Below the pieces are notes generated by a model that searched no databases, was not told the DNA's origin, and saw nothing but the letters and a program-made list of their open reading frames with translations. A DNA stretch of 64,000 nucleotides from Anaerolineales bacterium UBA6092 (lineage in GTDB: Bacteria > Chloroflexota > Anaerolineae > Anaerolineales > UBA4823): NCBI GenBank assembly GCA_002428565.1, contig DIXA01000058.1:51570-115569 (forward strand). The letters are read 5' to 3'. Below are positions 16,033-26,272 of the stretch, one piece after another. Position 1 is the stretch's first letter. Each line of letters opens with the position of its first letter. Both the position numbers and the translations under genes were made by a program.

Positions 16033-18841
16033 TAGCAATCCTGAAATGAAACCTGCAAGCAAAACGCCAGAACAGCGGGTGCTGGAACGGCGCTTAAGCG
16101 GCTTTAAGTTGCTGATCCGGGCTGGCGCTGCGGCGCTCACCTTAGATATTGCCCTCAACCTGGTGCTGTACTTCCAGAACGGCGAATGGCAAGACCTGGC
16201 AGTGGCGATTGGGCAAGCTTTTGCCTTTCTTGTGGTGCTGCTGGCTGCCTGGTTGATACGCAAGCAGCGCCTGGATGCGGCAGGTTATGTGGGGCTGGGC
16301 GTGGTTTTCTTTGCTTTTGGTTGGGGATTGCTTTTCCATGCCGGGCTGACCTGGCCTTTGGGCATCAGCGGCTTTTTGGTGCTGTTGTTGATGGGCAGCA
16401 TGGTGCTGCCGCAGCAGAAAGCAGTTGGGCCGCTGATGGCGCTGTTTTTTGCAGTATACGCGATCTTGGTGGAGCAATACAGCCCCTTCATCCGCCATGA
16501 TGTACAGCAGACAGGCGGATTTATGGTCATTATCGTAATCATGGTGACCATGCTGGTACTGGTGGGGGCCTGGCAATTCGCCCGCCTGCTGCGCTTTGGC
16601 ACCATCCGTAATCGTTTGCTGACGATCTTTGTGGCATTGGTGCTGCTGCCGGCGCTGGCCATTGGCGCAGTTTCGAGCGTGTTTAGCGCACAACGATCGC
16701 TGGGCCAGACGCGTTCTCAGTTGGAGTCGGTGGCGGCTCTTAAGGAGAGCGAGATCCGCTATTGGGTGGATGGCCTGAAGGCCGACCTGGCCCTGGCCAT
16801 GCCCACTGAGGATCAGATCACTTTCTATAACCTCCTGGTGAGTGGGCCTACCGGTGCGGACTCGGCATTGTATCGCAATACCTACGACCGTGAGGTACGG
16901 CGCTACCGCAATGTGATCTTGCAGGGCGGCGTTTTTACAGAGATATTTTTGCTGTCGTTGGATGGCGATGTGCAGCTTTCCACCGATGTTACTCAGAATG
17001 GCCGCAACCAGTACGGTTATGATTTCTTTAACAGCGGTCTGCAGGATTACTATGTGTCGTCGCCATATTATGATGCTTTGTTGGGGAAAGTGACCATCGT
17101 GGCGGCTGCGCCGGTTGAGGACATAAATGGCGAGGTGATCGCTATCTTGGCGGGGCGCGCCAATCTGGAACGCCTGGGCGTGATCATGGAAGAACGCGCC
17201 GGCCTGGGCGAAACCGGCGAGACCTACCTGGTACGCCTCCGTGATCAACAACTGCTGACCGCCTCTCGTCATGCCGATGAGGGCTTCTCCATCGGCACTT
17301 ACCTGAGCAATTCAGAAAGCATCATCCAGGCAAAGGCAGAGCAGGTCAGTGGCTCGGGCACGTTTGAAAACTATAACTACACCACGGTTGTAGCAGCCTA
17401 CCGTTATATGGATGATCTCGGCTTGATTCTGATGGCTGAGCAAGAGCAGTCCGAGGCGCTGCAGGCTGTTGTGCAAACCGTGCTGGTGAATGTGGCTGTG
17501 ACGCTGGGCGCGATCCTGATCGCGGTGCCCCTGGGCCTGTTTGTGACCAACCGCATTACCCGGCCCATTGCAGAGTTGGCGCAAACCGCCGAGCGGATTG
17601 CCGGTGGGCAGTATGACCTGCGGGCTGAGGCCACGCAGGAAGACGAGATTGGGGCGTTGTCCAAATCGTTCAATACCATGACCAGCCAATTGCGTGAGAC
17701 CCTGGCCGGCCTGGAACAGCAGGTAGCCGAGCGTACGGCTGCCCTGGGTGTGCGCTCAGCTTACTTGCAGGCCTCTGTGGATGTGAGCCGCGCCATCGTT
17801 TCGGTGTTGGATCCAGACCAATTGATCCAGCAGGTGGTGGATTTGATCCGCGATCGTTTCGGATTGTATTATGTGGGCCTTTTCATGGTGGATGAAGCCC
17901 AGGAATGGGCCGTTCTGCGGGCTGGTACGGGAACAGCAGGTAAGGCCATGCTGGAGCGCAACCACCGCATCCGGGTGGGCGCTGGCATGATTGGCTGGTG
18001 CGTGGTGAATGAGCGCCCGCGCATTGCTCTGCGCGCCGAAATGGATGATGCCCGCCTGAAGAACCCCGACCTGCCCGATACCCGTTCAGAGGCGGCCATT
18101 CCGCTGCGCTCGCGTGGCCGGGTGATCGGTGCGCTGACGGTGCAAAGCGAGAACCCCGATGCCTTCGACGAAGCGACCATTGCCGTGTTTGAAACGATGG
18201 CCGACCAGGTGGCCGTCGCCATGGATAACGCCCGCTTGTTCCGTGAGAGCCAGCAAGCCCTGGAATCGCTGAACCGGGCATACGGCCAGATCACCAAAGA
18301 GGATTGGTATCGCCTTCTGCAGACCCGCGGTGATCTGGGGTACAGCAGTTATGCCAATGGTGAGATCACCCTGGAAGCCGGCTGGCAGCCCGAAATGGCG
18401 CAGGCGGCCAATGAGGGCAGAACAGTGGAAGAGCACACCTCCAAAGGAAAGTACGCTGCTTCCATTGGCGTGCCGATCAAAGTGCGCGATACGGTCATTG
18501 GTGTGATCGGCGGGTACAAATCGGGGCCGGTGACGGAGTGGACGGAAGCAGAGCGATCCTTTTTGCAAGAAGTGGCCGATGTGTTGAGCGTAGCGCTGGA
18601 GAGCGCCCGTTCATACCAGCAAGTGCAATTGGCCGCTCAGCGTGAGCGTGTGGCTGGCGAAATCACAGCGCGCATGCGGCGCTCCCTGGAAGCAGAGACC
18701 ATCTTGCGCTCTACCGCCGATGAGATTCGCCGCAGTTTGAACTTGCCCGAAGTGACCATCCAATTGGGTGTGCCGCCTCACAGCAGTGTGGCTGCTACAT
18801 CCACAACGCCCGCTGCAGAGAAAAAGGAAGATCAAGGCTGA
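16025..18841 (+). CDS. Multi-TM-Cache-TM-HAMP-S-helix-GAF receptor, no output domain
   Basis: ATG 16025 gives an 8-nt overlap with the upstream stop; GTG 16013 is an alternative start. About 6-7 TM helices. Cache-like block (GETGETYLVRLRDQQLLTASRH); HAMP (IGALSKSFNTMTSQL); VAERTAALGVRSAYLQASVDV; A-type GAF (RFGLYYVGLFMVDEAQEWAVLRAGTGTAG...VIGALTVQSENPDAF); half-GAF (EWTEAERSFLQEVADVLSVALESARSY); tail QRERVAGEITARMRRSLEAETILRSTADEIRRSLN. Confidence 0.86.
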   Translation: MADSNPEMKPASKTPEQRVLERRLSGFKLLIRAGAAALTLDIALNLVLYFQNGEWQDLAVAIGQAFAFLVVLLAAWLIRKQRLDAAGYVGLGVVFFAFGWGLLFHAGLTWPLGISGFLVLLLMGSMVLPQQKAVGPLMALFFAVYAILVEQYSPFIRHDVQQTGGFMVIIVIMVTMLVLVGAWQFARLLRFGTIRNRLLTIFVALVLLPALAIGAVSSVFSAQRSLGQTRSQLESVAALKESEIRYWVDGLKADLALAMPTEDQITFYNLLVSGPTGADSALYRNTYDREVRRYRNVILQGGVFTEIFLLSLDGDVQLSTDVTQNGRNQYGYDFFNSGLQDYYVSSPYYDALLGKVTIVAAAPVEDINGEVIAILAGRANLERLGVIMEERAGLGETGETYLVRLRDQQLLTASRHADEGFSIGTYLSNSESIIQAKAEQVSGSGTFENYNYTTVVAAYRYMDDLGLILMAEQEQSEALQAVVQTVLVNVAVTLGAILIAVPLGLFVTNRITRPIAELAQTAERIAGGQYDLRAEATQEDEIGALSKSFNTMTSQLRETLAGLEQQVAERTAALGVRSAYLQASVDVSRAIVSVLDPDQLIQQVVDLIRDRFGLYYVGLFMVDEAQEWAVLRAGTGTAGKAMLERNHRIRVGAGMIGWCVVNERPRIALRAEMDDARLKNPDLPDTRSEAAIPLRSRGRVIGALTVQSENPDAFDEATIAVFETMADQVAVAMDNARLFRESQQALESLNRAYGQITKEDWYRLLQTRGDLGYSSYANGEITLEAGWQPEMAQAANEGRTVEEHTSKGKYAASIGVPIKVRDTVIGVIGGYKSGPVTEWTEAERSFLQEVADVLSVALESARSYQQVQLAAQRERVAGEITARMRRSLEAETILRSTADEIRRSLNLPEVTIQLGVPPHSSVAATSTTPAAEKKEDQG

Positions 18842-18906
18842 TGTACGCAGCCCGTTGAGTGGTGCCCCAAACTTACACCACGGGCTGCAAACAGGAAGAT
18901 GAACCT

Positions 18907-20433
18907 ATGGACAAACAGGATCACGTGAGTACCTCATCCCCCCGCCATCAGCAGATTGGCGTCAGCCGCCCTCCGCTGGCTGTGGAAGACCTGCCCACCC
19001 CCGAAGAAGCGTTTCGGGTGCGGCACATTGGCTTCGAGCAGTGGGTTGCCCTCATTCTCGGCCCCAGCTTGATCGTACTGGGGGCCTCGGTGGGCGGTGG
19101 CGAGTGGCTGTCTGGCCCGCTGAGCGTGGCTAAGTATGGATTCCTGGGTATTGGCTGGGTGATCCTGGTCTCGACGATATTGCAGGTGTTCTATAATGTT
19201 GAGCTGGCGCGCTTCACCCTGGCGACCGGCGAAACGCCCGTGGTGGCTTTTGGGCGCATCCCGCCAGGGTATTTCCTCTGGGTGCCGCTGGCTCTGTTAT
19301 TCGTCTACCTGGCATTCATTCTGGGTGAGTGGACGATGCAGGCTGGTGGCAGTCTGTTCACCCTGGTGAACAACAGGCCTTACGAAGCGCAAGAAGTGGA
19401 GATTGTGCGTATCCTTGGCATCGCTCTGATGCTGAGCGTCTTCCTGTTTGTTTCGGTTGGGCGCAAGATCATGCGCACCCTGGAAGGGGTGATGGGCGTC
19501 CTCCTGGCATTTGTGTTGATCGGCATCTTGCTCATTACCCTGGTGGTTGTGCCGCTGAATTACTGGGGCAGTTCTCTGGCTTCATTGTTCATTCCAACCC
19601 TGCCGCCCTCCGGGGCTGATCTCTCGGTGCTGGGCTCCCTGGCTGGCTACACTGCCCTGGCGGCAGGGCTGAACTTCATGTTCATTGGGTATTACCGGGA
19701 TAAAGGCTATGGCATGGGCACCCGCATGGGGTTCTTGGGTGGCTTGCTCGGAAGACGGCCAACCAGCCTGGATGCGGTGGGTAAGATTTTCCCCGAATCT
19801 GAAAAAAACACGCGCACCTGGAAACGCTGGTTCCGCATCCTGGTGGTGGATCAGTGGGTGATTTACTTTATCGGAGCTTTGGTGGGGATGGTGGTGCCGA
19901 GCATCCTGGTTGCTTACCTGGCCCAGACCCCAGGGAATGCCCAGCCCACCTCAGCCAGTATGATTGCCTATGCGGCGACGAACTTGGGCTCGCAATATGG
20001 GCCAGTGGTCAGCGGGTGGATGTCGATCGTCGGCTTTATGGTGTTGTATAGCACGCTGGTGGTGATCTTGGAGGTGTTGGTGCGCAATATGACGGATGCA
20101 CTCTTCGCCTATAGCCGCCGTGTCCGCGAGTGGTGCCGTAATGATACGCGCAGGTTCTACTTCCCATTCATGCTGGTGGTGATCTTGCTCATTGGCATCT
20201 TGATCCACCTGCCATTATCAGGCAATTTGACGGAAATTTCGGCAAATATGGCGAATTTAGCTGCGATATTCTTCCCTCTCGGCATGATCTACCTGAACCG
20301 TCACCTGCCTCGCCCAGCCCGCATTACCTGGTGGTCGTACCTGGTATTGATCTTGAATGTGTTGTTCTTTGGTTTCTTCTTTGTGAACTTTGTGGTTGTC
20401 CAGCTAACTGGCGCACCGTTGGTGCGGTTCTAA
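18907..20433 (+). CDS. Polytopic membrane transporter, Nramp-related (COG1914-like) family
   Basis: ATG 18907 has AGGAAG 10 nt upstream; the ORF-track start is 18859. About 11-12 TM helices. The N-terminal block LGPSLIVLGASVGGGEWLSGPLSVAKYGFLGIGWVILVSTILQVFYNVELARFTLATGE parallels the Nramp GPG...G..Y....W motif region. The family call is from memory only. Confidence 0.5.
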   Translation: MDKQDHVSTSSPRHQQIGVSRPPLAVEDLPTPEEAFRVRHIGFEQWVALILGPSLIVLGASVGGGEWLSGPLSVAKYGFLGIGWVILVSTILQVFYNVELARFTLATGETPVVAFGRIPPGYFLWVPLALLFVYLAFILGEWTMQAGGSLFTLVNNRPYEAQEVEIVRILGIALMLSVFLFVSVGRKIMRTLEGVMGVLLAFVLIGILLITLVVVPLNYWGSSLASLFIPTLPPSGADLSVLGSLAGYTALAAGLNFMFIGYYRDKGYGMGTRMGFLGGLLGRRPTSLDAVGKIFPESEKNTRTWKRWFRILVVDQWVIYFIGALVGMVVPSILVAYLAQTPGNAQPTSASMIAYAATNLGSQYGPVVSGWMSIVGFMVLYSTLVVILEVLVRNMTDALFAYSRRVREWCRNDTRRFYFPFMLVVILLIGILIHLPLSGNLTEISANMANLAAIFFPLGMIYLNRHLPRPARITWWSYLVLILNVLFFGFFFVNFVVVQLTGAPLVRF

Positions 20434-20492
20434 GGAGTTGCCCGTGAAGAGACAAGTTGTGGATCTCATTTGTGCAAGGGACGGAGGCGCGT

Positions 20493-22730
20493 ATGCCTGA
20501 ATCGAGCACAAACACAACAGGCAGCATCTTGCCTGGCAGGCGATCTGGAAGCATTGGTGCGCGCCTGCTGCTGGCCTTTGTCTTGCTGGTGCTGTTACCG
20601 GTCGTCATTTTGAGCCTGGTGTTGATCATTTCCAATGTGCAGGGCAGCCGAGAGCAGCTGCAAAGAGATTTGGATACCGCATTGGCGTACAAAGAGGCCG
20701 CCATCGACGAATGGCTTTCTCGGCTGGAATTCCAGATCAACAATACTGCGCTGGGATTGGCCTCTCAGAGTGATGTGCAGATATTTTTGCATCCCGATAC
20801 GGTTGAGCCTGAAGCCTGGACGGCGGCCTCTAACCACTTGCAAGATTATCTGCGGCAGGTGGCTGGCACGCTGGACGATTTCGATGAATTGATCTGGTTG
20901 GATCAGAGCGGAAGAGTGCTGCTGGCAACCGGAGCGACGCAGGTAGGCGCTAACCTTTCTGGAGATGCATTCTTCTTGCCCAATGCCACCCAGGCAATGG
21001 TGCCACCGCCGGTTTATTCGCGAGATCTGGGGTATGTGTCCTTCTTTGCTGTGACGCCGCTCCGCTCTGCCAGCGGTGAGCAGCAGGGTTTGCTGGTAGC
21101 CAGGGTGAACAAGATGCCCTTGAATGTGATCCTGTTGGAGCAGCAAGGACTGGGAGATACAGGCGAGACCTTCCTGGTGGGGCAGGGATACCTGTTCCTG
21201 AACAAGCCCCGCTACCCAACTGCCGCGCTAACGAACAAGAGCGCCGGCGCATTGGTGGCGCTGGATTCGGAGGAGAACGGCAGCGGCACCTACAGCAGCT
21301 ATCATGGGGAGAGGGTGTTTGGCGTGTACCATTGGCTGCCGCGGCTGGATGCGGTGCTGATTGCTGAGCAGGAACTCGTTGAGTCGACGCGGGCTTCGAA
21401 CGCGGTAGTGGCGGTGAACCTGAGCATTGGCCTGGCCTCTCTGCTGATCGTTATTGTGGCTGCACTGGTGATCACCTCGGATATTGCCACACCGGTCTCC
21501 GAGATGGCTTCCACCGCGGTGCAGGCGGCCCAGGGTGATTTGAGCCAGAAATTGGATATTGAACGCCAGGATGAGATTGGCGACCTGGCGCAGGCTTTCA
21601 ATGCCATGACTACGCAGTTGCAGCAAACCCTGGGCGGATTGGAGCAGCAGGTTTCTGAGCGCACGTCTGCATTGGAGCAGCGTACCTCTTACTTGCAGGC
21701 CTCGGCAGATGTCAGCCAGGTGGTGAACTCCATCCTGGAGCCGGACCGCCTGGTGCAAGATGTGGTGGACTTGATCCGCGAACGGTTTGGTCTGTATTAC
21801 GTGGGTCTGTTCCAGATGGACGAAAGCGGCGATTGGGCTGTTTTGCAGGCTGGGACGGGAGAAGCCGGGCAGGCGATGGTTGACCGCGGGCACCGTATCC
21901 GCACCGGGATGGGCATGATTGGCTGGTGTGTGGCCAATGCCAAGCCGCGCATTGCTCTTATCGCAGAGGACGACCAGGTGCGCCTGCGCAACACCGAACT
22001 GCCCGATACGCGTTCTGAGGCGGCACTACCGCTGCGCTCGCGGGGGAACGTGATTGGCGCATTGAGCATTCAGAGCGCGCAGCCCAATGCCTTCAACGAA
22101 GATAACATCTCGGTCTTTCAGGTGATGGCAGACCAGGTGGCAGTTGCAATTGACAATGCGCGTCTTTACAAAGAAACACAGAAGGCGCTGCAGGATGTGC
22201 AGCGCTTCTATTCCGATCAGTCGCTGGACCTGTGGCGCGATTATATGCAGCGCAAAGGCGGCCTGGGCGTGCGCAGCGATCAGCTCGGCACCGGGGAGGG
22301 CGCAGTGGAGTGGGGCACGGAGATGGTGGACGCCTTCTGGTCGGGTGAGACAGTGCGCTCAACTACCGCAGAGGAAAACCGCAATGTGCTGGCAGTACCG
22401 ATCAAATCGCGCGATGTGGTGGTGGGCGTGTTGAACACCTACAAACCGATCGAGGCAGGCACCTGGACCGAAGAGGAGATGCGCCTGCTGGGCGATCTGT
22501 CCGATCAGCTGGGTGTGGCGCTGGAAACGGCACAGTTCTTCAGCGAGACGCGCGAACGTGCCGAGATGGAGCGGCTGGTGGGTGAGATCACAGCCCACAT
22601 GCGCCAAACCCTGGATGTGGACCAGGTGCTGCAAACAGCCGCGCGCGAGATGCGCCAGGTTTTGGACCTGGCAGAAGTGGAAATCCGCTTGCGCCCTGTG
22701 GGTGACCAAGGAGAGGAGGAAGCGAAATGA
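20493..22730 (+). CDS. TM-dCache-TM-HAMP-S-helix-GAF receptor, no output domain
   Basis: ATG 20493 has GGAGG 5 nt upstream. Cache block (GDTGETFLVGQGYLFLNKPRY...VFGVYHWLPRLDAVLIAEQ); HAMP (IGDLAQAFNAMTTQL); VSERTSALEQRTSYLQASADV; A-type GAF (RFGLYYVGLFQMDESGDWAVLQAGTGEAG...VIGALSIQSAQPNAF); half-GAF (TWTEEEMRLLGDLSDQLGVALETAQFF); tail EMERLVGEITAHMRQTLDVDQVLQTAAREMRQVLD. Confidence 0.87.
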   Translation: MPESSTNTTGSILPGRRSGSIGARLLLAFVLLVLLPVVILSLVLIISNVQGSREQLQRDLDTALAYKEAAIDEWLSRLEFQINNTALGLASQSDVQIFLHPDTVEPEAWTAASNHLQDYLRQVAGTLDDFDELIWLDQSGRVLLATGATQVGANLSGDAFFLPNATQAMVPPPVYSRDLGYVSFFAVTPLRSASGEQQGLLVARVNKMPLNVILLEQQGLGDTGETFLVGQGYLFLNKPRYPTAALTNKSAGALVALDSEENGSGTYSSYHGERVFGVYHWLPRLDAVLIAEQELVESTRASNAVVAVNLSIGLASLLIVIVAALVITSDIATPVSEMASTAVQAAQGDLSQKLDIERQDEIGDLAQAFNAMTTQLQQTLGGLEQQVSERTSALEQRTSYLQASADVSQVVNSILEPDRLVQDVVDLIRERFGLYYVGLFQMDESGDWAVLQAGTGEAGQAMVDRGHRIRTGMGMIGWCVANAKPRIALIAEDDQVRLRNTELPDTRSEAALPLRSRGNVIGALSIQSAQPNAFNEDNISVFQVMADQVAVAIDNARLYKETQKALQDVQRFYSDQSLDLWRDYMQRKGGLGVRSDQLGTGEGAVEWGTEMVDAFWSGETVRSTTAEENRNVLAVPIKSRDVVVGVLNTYKPIEAGTWTEEEMRLLGDLSDQLGVALETAQFFSETRERAEMERLVGEITAHMRQTLDVDQVLQTAAREMRQVLDLAEVEIRLRPVGDQGEEEAK

Positions 22731-23917
22731 GGTTCTTTCTGAAGATGCGCAGGGGCAGAACGGTGAGAGCAGGGATCCGGCCAGTGATGGCAGTGGTGTT
22801 ATCGCTGGTGATCCTGGTGGGCCTGGTTGGCTGCCAGGGAAGCAAAGAGCAGATCCGCATTGGCTTGATCGTCACCCAGAGTGGAGAAAATGCTGCCCTT
22901 GGTCAGCAGATGATCAACGCAGCCGAGATGGCAGCCAAAGAAATAAATAATGCGGGTGGTTTGCAGGTGGCAGATCGCCAGGTAGAGGTGGTGCTGGTTA
23001 TCAGGGATGACGAAGGCAATTCGGAAACTGCCGCCGGGGTGGCGCAGGAGCTGATTGCCCAGGAGACGGTGGCGGCACTGGTGGGGCCGCTGTTGGACCG
23101 CAGCGCGCTGGCGGCGGCAGTGGTGGCTGAGAACGCCCGTGTGCCAATGATCAGCCCAACTTCAACAGACTCGCTCACCACGGCTGGCCGGCAATATGTG
23201 TTCCGGGCAACCTATACAAACGAATTCCAGGGCGAGGTGATGGCTCGTTTTGCCATTGAAGACCTTGGCGCGGCGGCGGATGCGCGCGGCGCGGCGGTGA
23301 TCTACGATGTGGCAGATGATTATAACCGCGGCATTGCCGAGCGTTTCAAACAGGTGATGGAAGATGCGGGCGTGCGGGTTTCGGTGTACGAAACCTATAC
23401 CACCGGCGAGACGGATTTCAGCAGTCAATTGGAGGAAGTGGCGGGCGGTGTGAACGTGATTGTGCTGCCCAACTACCCCAGCGATGTGGCCTTGCAGGTG
23501 GAGCAGGCCCGCGCGATGGGCGTTTTCCAAACCATTATTTGCAGCGACGCCCTCAGCGGGATCAACCCGGCGGATTACCCGGCGTTGGATCGTATCTTCC
23601 TGACGGCGCCCTGGCACCCGGCAATCCAGGGTGATGTTTCGCAAAAATTTACCGAGGCATACCGGGCAGCCTACAATCAGGAACCGAACAGCGTGGCAGC
23701 CCTGACTTATGACTCGATGCAGCTATTGTTCCAGGCGATCCGCAGCCAGGGTAGTTGGGAACCGCAGGCAATTCGAAATGGGCTGGTTGGCTTGGGACGA
23801 TATGAAGGCGTGACGGGCGTGATCGAATATCAGAATTCGGGCGACCCGGTGAAGAGCGTGGCGATCTTACAGATCAAAGATGGCAAGTACTATTTCTTTA
23901 AGCTGGTGAGCCCGTAG
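22727..23917 (+). CDS. Solute-binding lipoprotein, type-I LivJ/Peripla_BP_6-like; orphan (no ABC permease or ATPase nearby)
   Basis: ATGA overlap with the upstream receptor gene. Lipobox LVGC. IRIGLIVTQSGENAALGQQMINAAEMAAKEINNAGG and VAALVGPLLDRSALAAAVVAENARVPMISPTS are typical of branched-chain amino acid / amide-type binding proteins. Confidence 0.8.
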   Translation: MRFFLKMRRGRTVRAGIRPVMAVVLSLVILVGLVGCQGSKEQIRIGLIVTQSGENAALGQQMINAAEMAAKEINNAGGLQVADRQVEVVLVIRDDEGNSETAAGVAQELIAQETVAALVGPLLDRSALAAAVVAENARVPMISPTSTDSLTTAGRQYVFRATYTNEFQGEVMARFAIEDLGAAADARGAAVIYDVADDYNRGIAERFKQVMEDAGVRVSVYETYTTGETDFSSQLEEVAGGVNVIVLPNYPSDVALQVEQARAMGVFQTIICSDALSGINPADYPALDRIFLTAPWHPAIQGDVSQKFTEAYRAAYNQEPNSVAALTYDSMQLLFQAIRSQGSWEPQAIRNGLVGLGRYEGVTGVIEYQNSGDPVKSVAILQIKDGKYYFFKLVSP

Positions 23918-23989
23918 AGGACCTTTCTCCTGGTATCTCTTGCACGATGGAGATACGGGAGGCGTAGGAACTGATCGAGGAATAGACCT

Positions 23990-26272
23990 ATGAAATTGCG
24001 CACTCGAAGCCTGGTGGCCCGAATCGTGGGTTACTTCTTACTTTTGTCGTTGATTGCGACAACCATTGTGCCAGTGGCAAGTTTCTTCCTGGCGCGGCAA
24101 GCGCTGCAGCGCTCTGTTTTTGAGCGCCTGGAGGTGGCGGCTACGCTCAAGGAAAATGAGCTGAACCGCTGGGTTGAAGATAACCAGGCTGATATCCTGT
24201 TCATTGCCCAATCGCCAGAGTTTAGCAGCCAGGCCTGGCGCCTGCTGACCGTCAGCGAAACCTCGCCAGAATACCGCGTGGCGTATTCGGCCCTCTCCAA
24301 CTACCTGGCTTCGCTGCTGGGCAATAAAACCAACTTGCTGGAAGTGTTTATTATGACGGCAAAGGGCGGCCAGGTGGTGCTCTCTACCGATAAGACGCGG
24401 GAGGGTGATTACCGGGCGACCGATACCTATTATACGCAAGGCCGCCTGGGCACTTACGTTCAGAATGTGTACACCTCTCCGGTCACCGGCAAACCCACCA
24501 TGACCATCTCCACGCCGTTGTTCGACCCAACTACAAACAGCCTGGCGGGAGTATTGGCGGCGCACTTGAACCTGGAGCGGTTAGACAGTATTATCCTGGA
24601 ACGCGCCGGCTTAGGCGAAACGGGCGAAACTTACCTGGTGAGCCAGTACGGCTCCTTTGTTTCTGAAGCGCGCTTCGCCGGCGAAGAATTCGCCCGCGGG
24701 GTACATACCGAAGGTATTGACCAGGCGTTGGAAGGGATGGATGGCTTTGGTACCTACGAGAACTACCAGGGAACGCCGGTCTTGGGCGTTTACCGCTGGC
24801 TGGACGAGCGCAGCCTGGCGCTGGTGGCAGAGATCTCGCAGGAGGAGGCCTATGCCCCGGCAGCGCGCCTGGCGGGGACGATCTTCCTGCTGAGCCTGGT
24901 TTCGGCGGGCCTTCTGGCAGGGGGGGCTTACCTGGTTGCCCGACAGATTGCCCGGCCTATTCTGGCGATCAACGAAGTGGCTGGTTATGTGGCCAAGGGC
25001 GATTTGAGCCACCAGGCAGTTGTGCTGACTCAGGATGAAATTGGCACCCTGGCTACTACTTTCAACGAAATGACCCGGCAGTTGCGCGAACAGTTGGCCG
25101 GCCTGGAAGAGCGCGTGGGTGAGCGCACACGTGAATTGCAGCGCCGGGCTGTGCAATTGCAAGCCGCGGCCGAGGTGGGCAGCGCGGTGGCAAGCGTGCG
25201 TGACCTGAGCCGATTGCTGCAAGATGTGACCCATTTGATCAGTGAGCGGTTTGGCTACTATCACGTCGGCATCTTCTTGATCGACGAAAGCGGAACCGAG
25301 GCGGTGCTGCGGGCAGCCAACAGCCCTGGCGGTTTGCAGATGTTGGCCCGCGGCCATAGGCTAAAGGTGGGGCAGAAAGGCATTGTGGGCTATGTCACCG
25401 GGCAGCAGAAACCGCGCATCGCCATGGATGTGGGGCAGGATGCTGTGTATTTCGATAACCCCGACCTGCCCGAGACGCGCTCTGAGATGGCCTTGCCTTT
25501 AGTGGCTGGCGGGCAGTTGTTGGGTGTGCTGGATGTGCAGAGCAAGGAAGAGATGGCTTTTAGCCAGGAAGATATCGAGACGCTGCAGGTGCTGGCAGAC
25601 CAGGTGGCGGTGGCAATTGAAAATGCCAACCTGTTCAGCGAGACGCAGGCAGCGCTGGATGCCTCTCGCCGGGCGTATGGCGAGATCAGCCGCCAGGCCT
25701 GGGGTAAGATCCTGGCGGTCCGACCAGATTTGGGCTACTTGTGCGACCGCCGCGGCCGCACCAAGCCGGCCAGCGGGAAGTGGTCTGGCGAGCTGGCTGC
25801 CGCGCAGACCTCGGGCAGGGTGACCCAGGTGGAAGACCGCACCGTGATCGTACCTTTCAAGGTGCATGGGCAAACCCTGGGGGTGGCGCGGCTGCGCAAA
25901 CCGGAGGATGCTGGTGAATGGACCAAGAAGGAAATTGACTTGATGGAGTCATTGGCCAGTAACCTGGGCGAATCATTGGAAAGCGCGCAGTTGTACAACG
26001 ACTCGCAGCGACGGGCGGTGCGTGAGCAGCTCGTTGGCGAAGTGACCTCGGCCATGCGCGAGAGCCTGGATGTGGACACGGTGCTGCGCACTGCCGCACA
26101 GCAGATCCGGCGGGCGCTGAACCTGGCCACGGTGGAAGTGCGTCTGGGCGCTTCTGTTAGCGAGGCAGCGCCAGGCGACGAAAGTTCTGGCGAGGTGAGT
26201 GAACCAACGCAAGACCCAATGACTGCCCCCGGTGAGGCGGACTTGCCTGAAGCGGATGGGAGGCTCGCATGA
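23990..26272 (+). CDS. TM-dCache-TM-HAMP-S-helix-GAF receptor, no output domain
   Basis: Cache block (GETGETYLVSQYGSFVSEARF...VLGVYRWLDERSLALVAEI); HAMP (IGTLATTFNEMTRQL); VGERTRELQRRAVQLQAAAEV; A-type GAF (RFGYYHVGIFLIDESGTEAVLRAANSPGG...LLGVLDVQSKEEMAF); half-GAF (EWTKKEIDLMESLASNLGESLESAQLY); tail VREQLVGEVTSAMRESLDVDTVLRTAAQQIRRALN. Confidence 0.87.
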   Translation: MKLRTRSLVARIVGYFLLLSLIATTIVPVASFFLARQALQRSVFERLEVAATLKENELNRWVEDNQADILFIAQSPEFSSQAWRLLTVSETSPEYRVAYSALSNYLASLLGNKTNLLEVFIMTAKGGQVVLSTDKTREGDYRATDTYYTQGRLGTYVQNVYTSPVTGKPTMTISTPLFDPTTNSLAGVLAAHLNLERLDSIILERAGLGETGETYLVSQYGSFVSEARFAGEEFARGVHTEGIDQALEGMDGFGTYENYQGTPVLGVYRWLDERSLALVAEISQEEAYAPAARLAGTIFLLSLVSAGLLAGGAYLVARQIARPILAINEVAGYVAKGDLSHQAVVLTQDEIGTLATTFNEMTRQLREQLAGLEERVGERTRELQRRAVQLQAAAEVGSAVASVRDLSRLLQDVTHLISERFGYYHVGIFLIDESGTEAVLRAANSPGGLQMLARGHRLKVGQKGIVGYVTGQQKPRIAMDVGQDAVYFDNPDLPETRSEMALPLVAGGQLLGVLDVQSKEEMAFSQEDIETLQVLADQVAVAIENANLFSETQAALDASRRAYGEISRQAWGKILAVRPDLGYLCDRRGRTKPASGKWSGELAAAQTSGRVTQVEDRTVIVPFKVHGQTLGVARLRKPEDAGEWTKKEIDLMESLASNLGESLESAQLYNDSQRRAVREQLVGEVTSAMRESLDVDTVLRTAAQQIRRALNLATVEVRLGASVSEAAPGDESSGEVSEPTQDPMTAPGEADLPEADGRLA

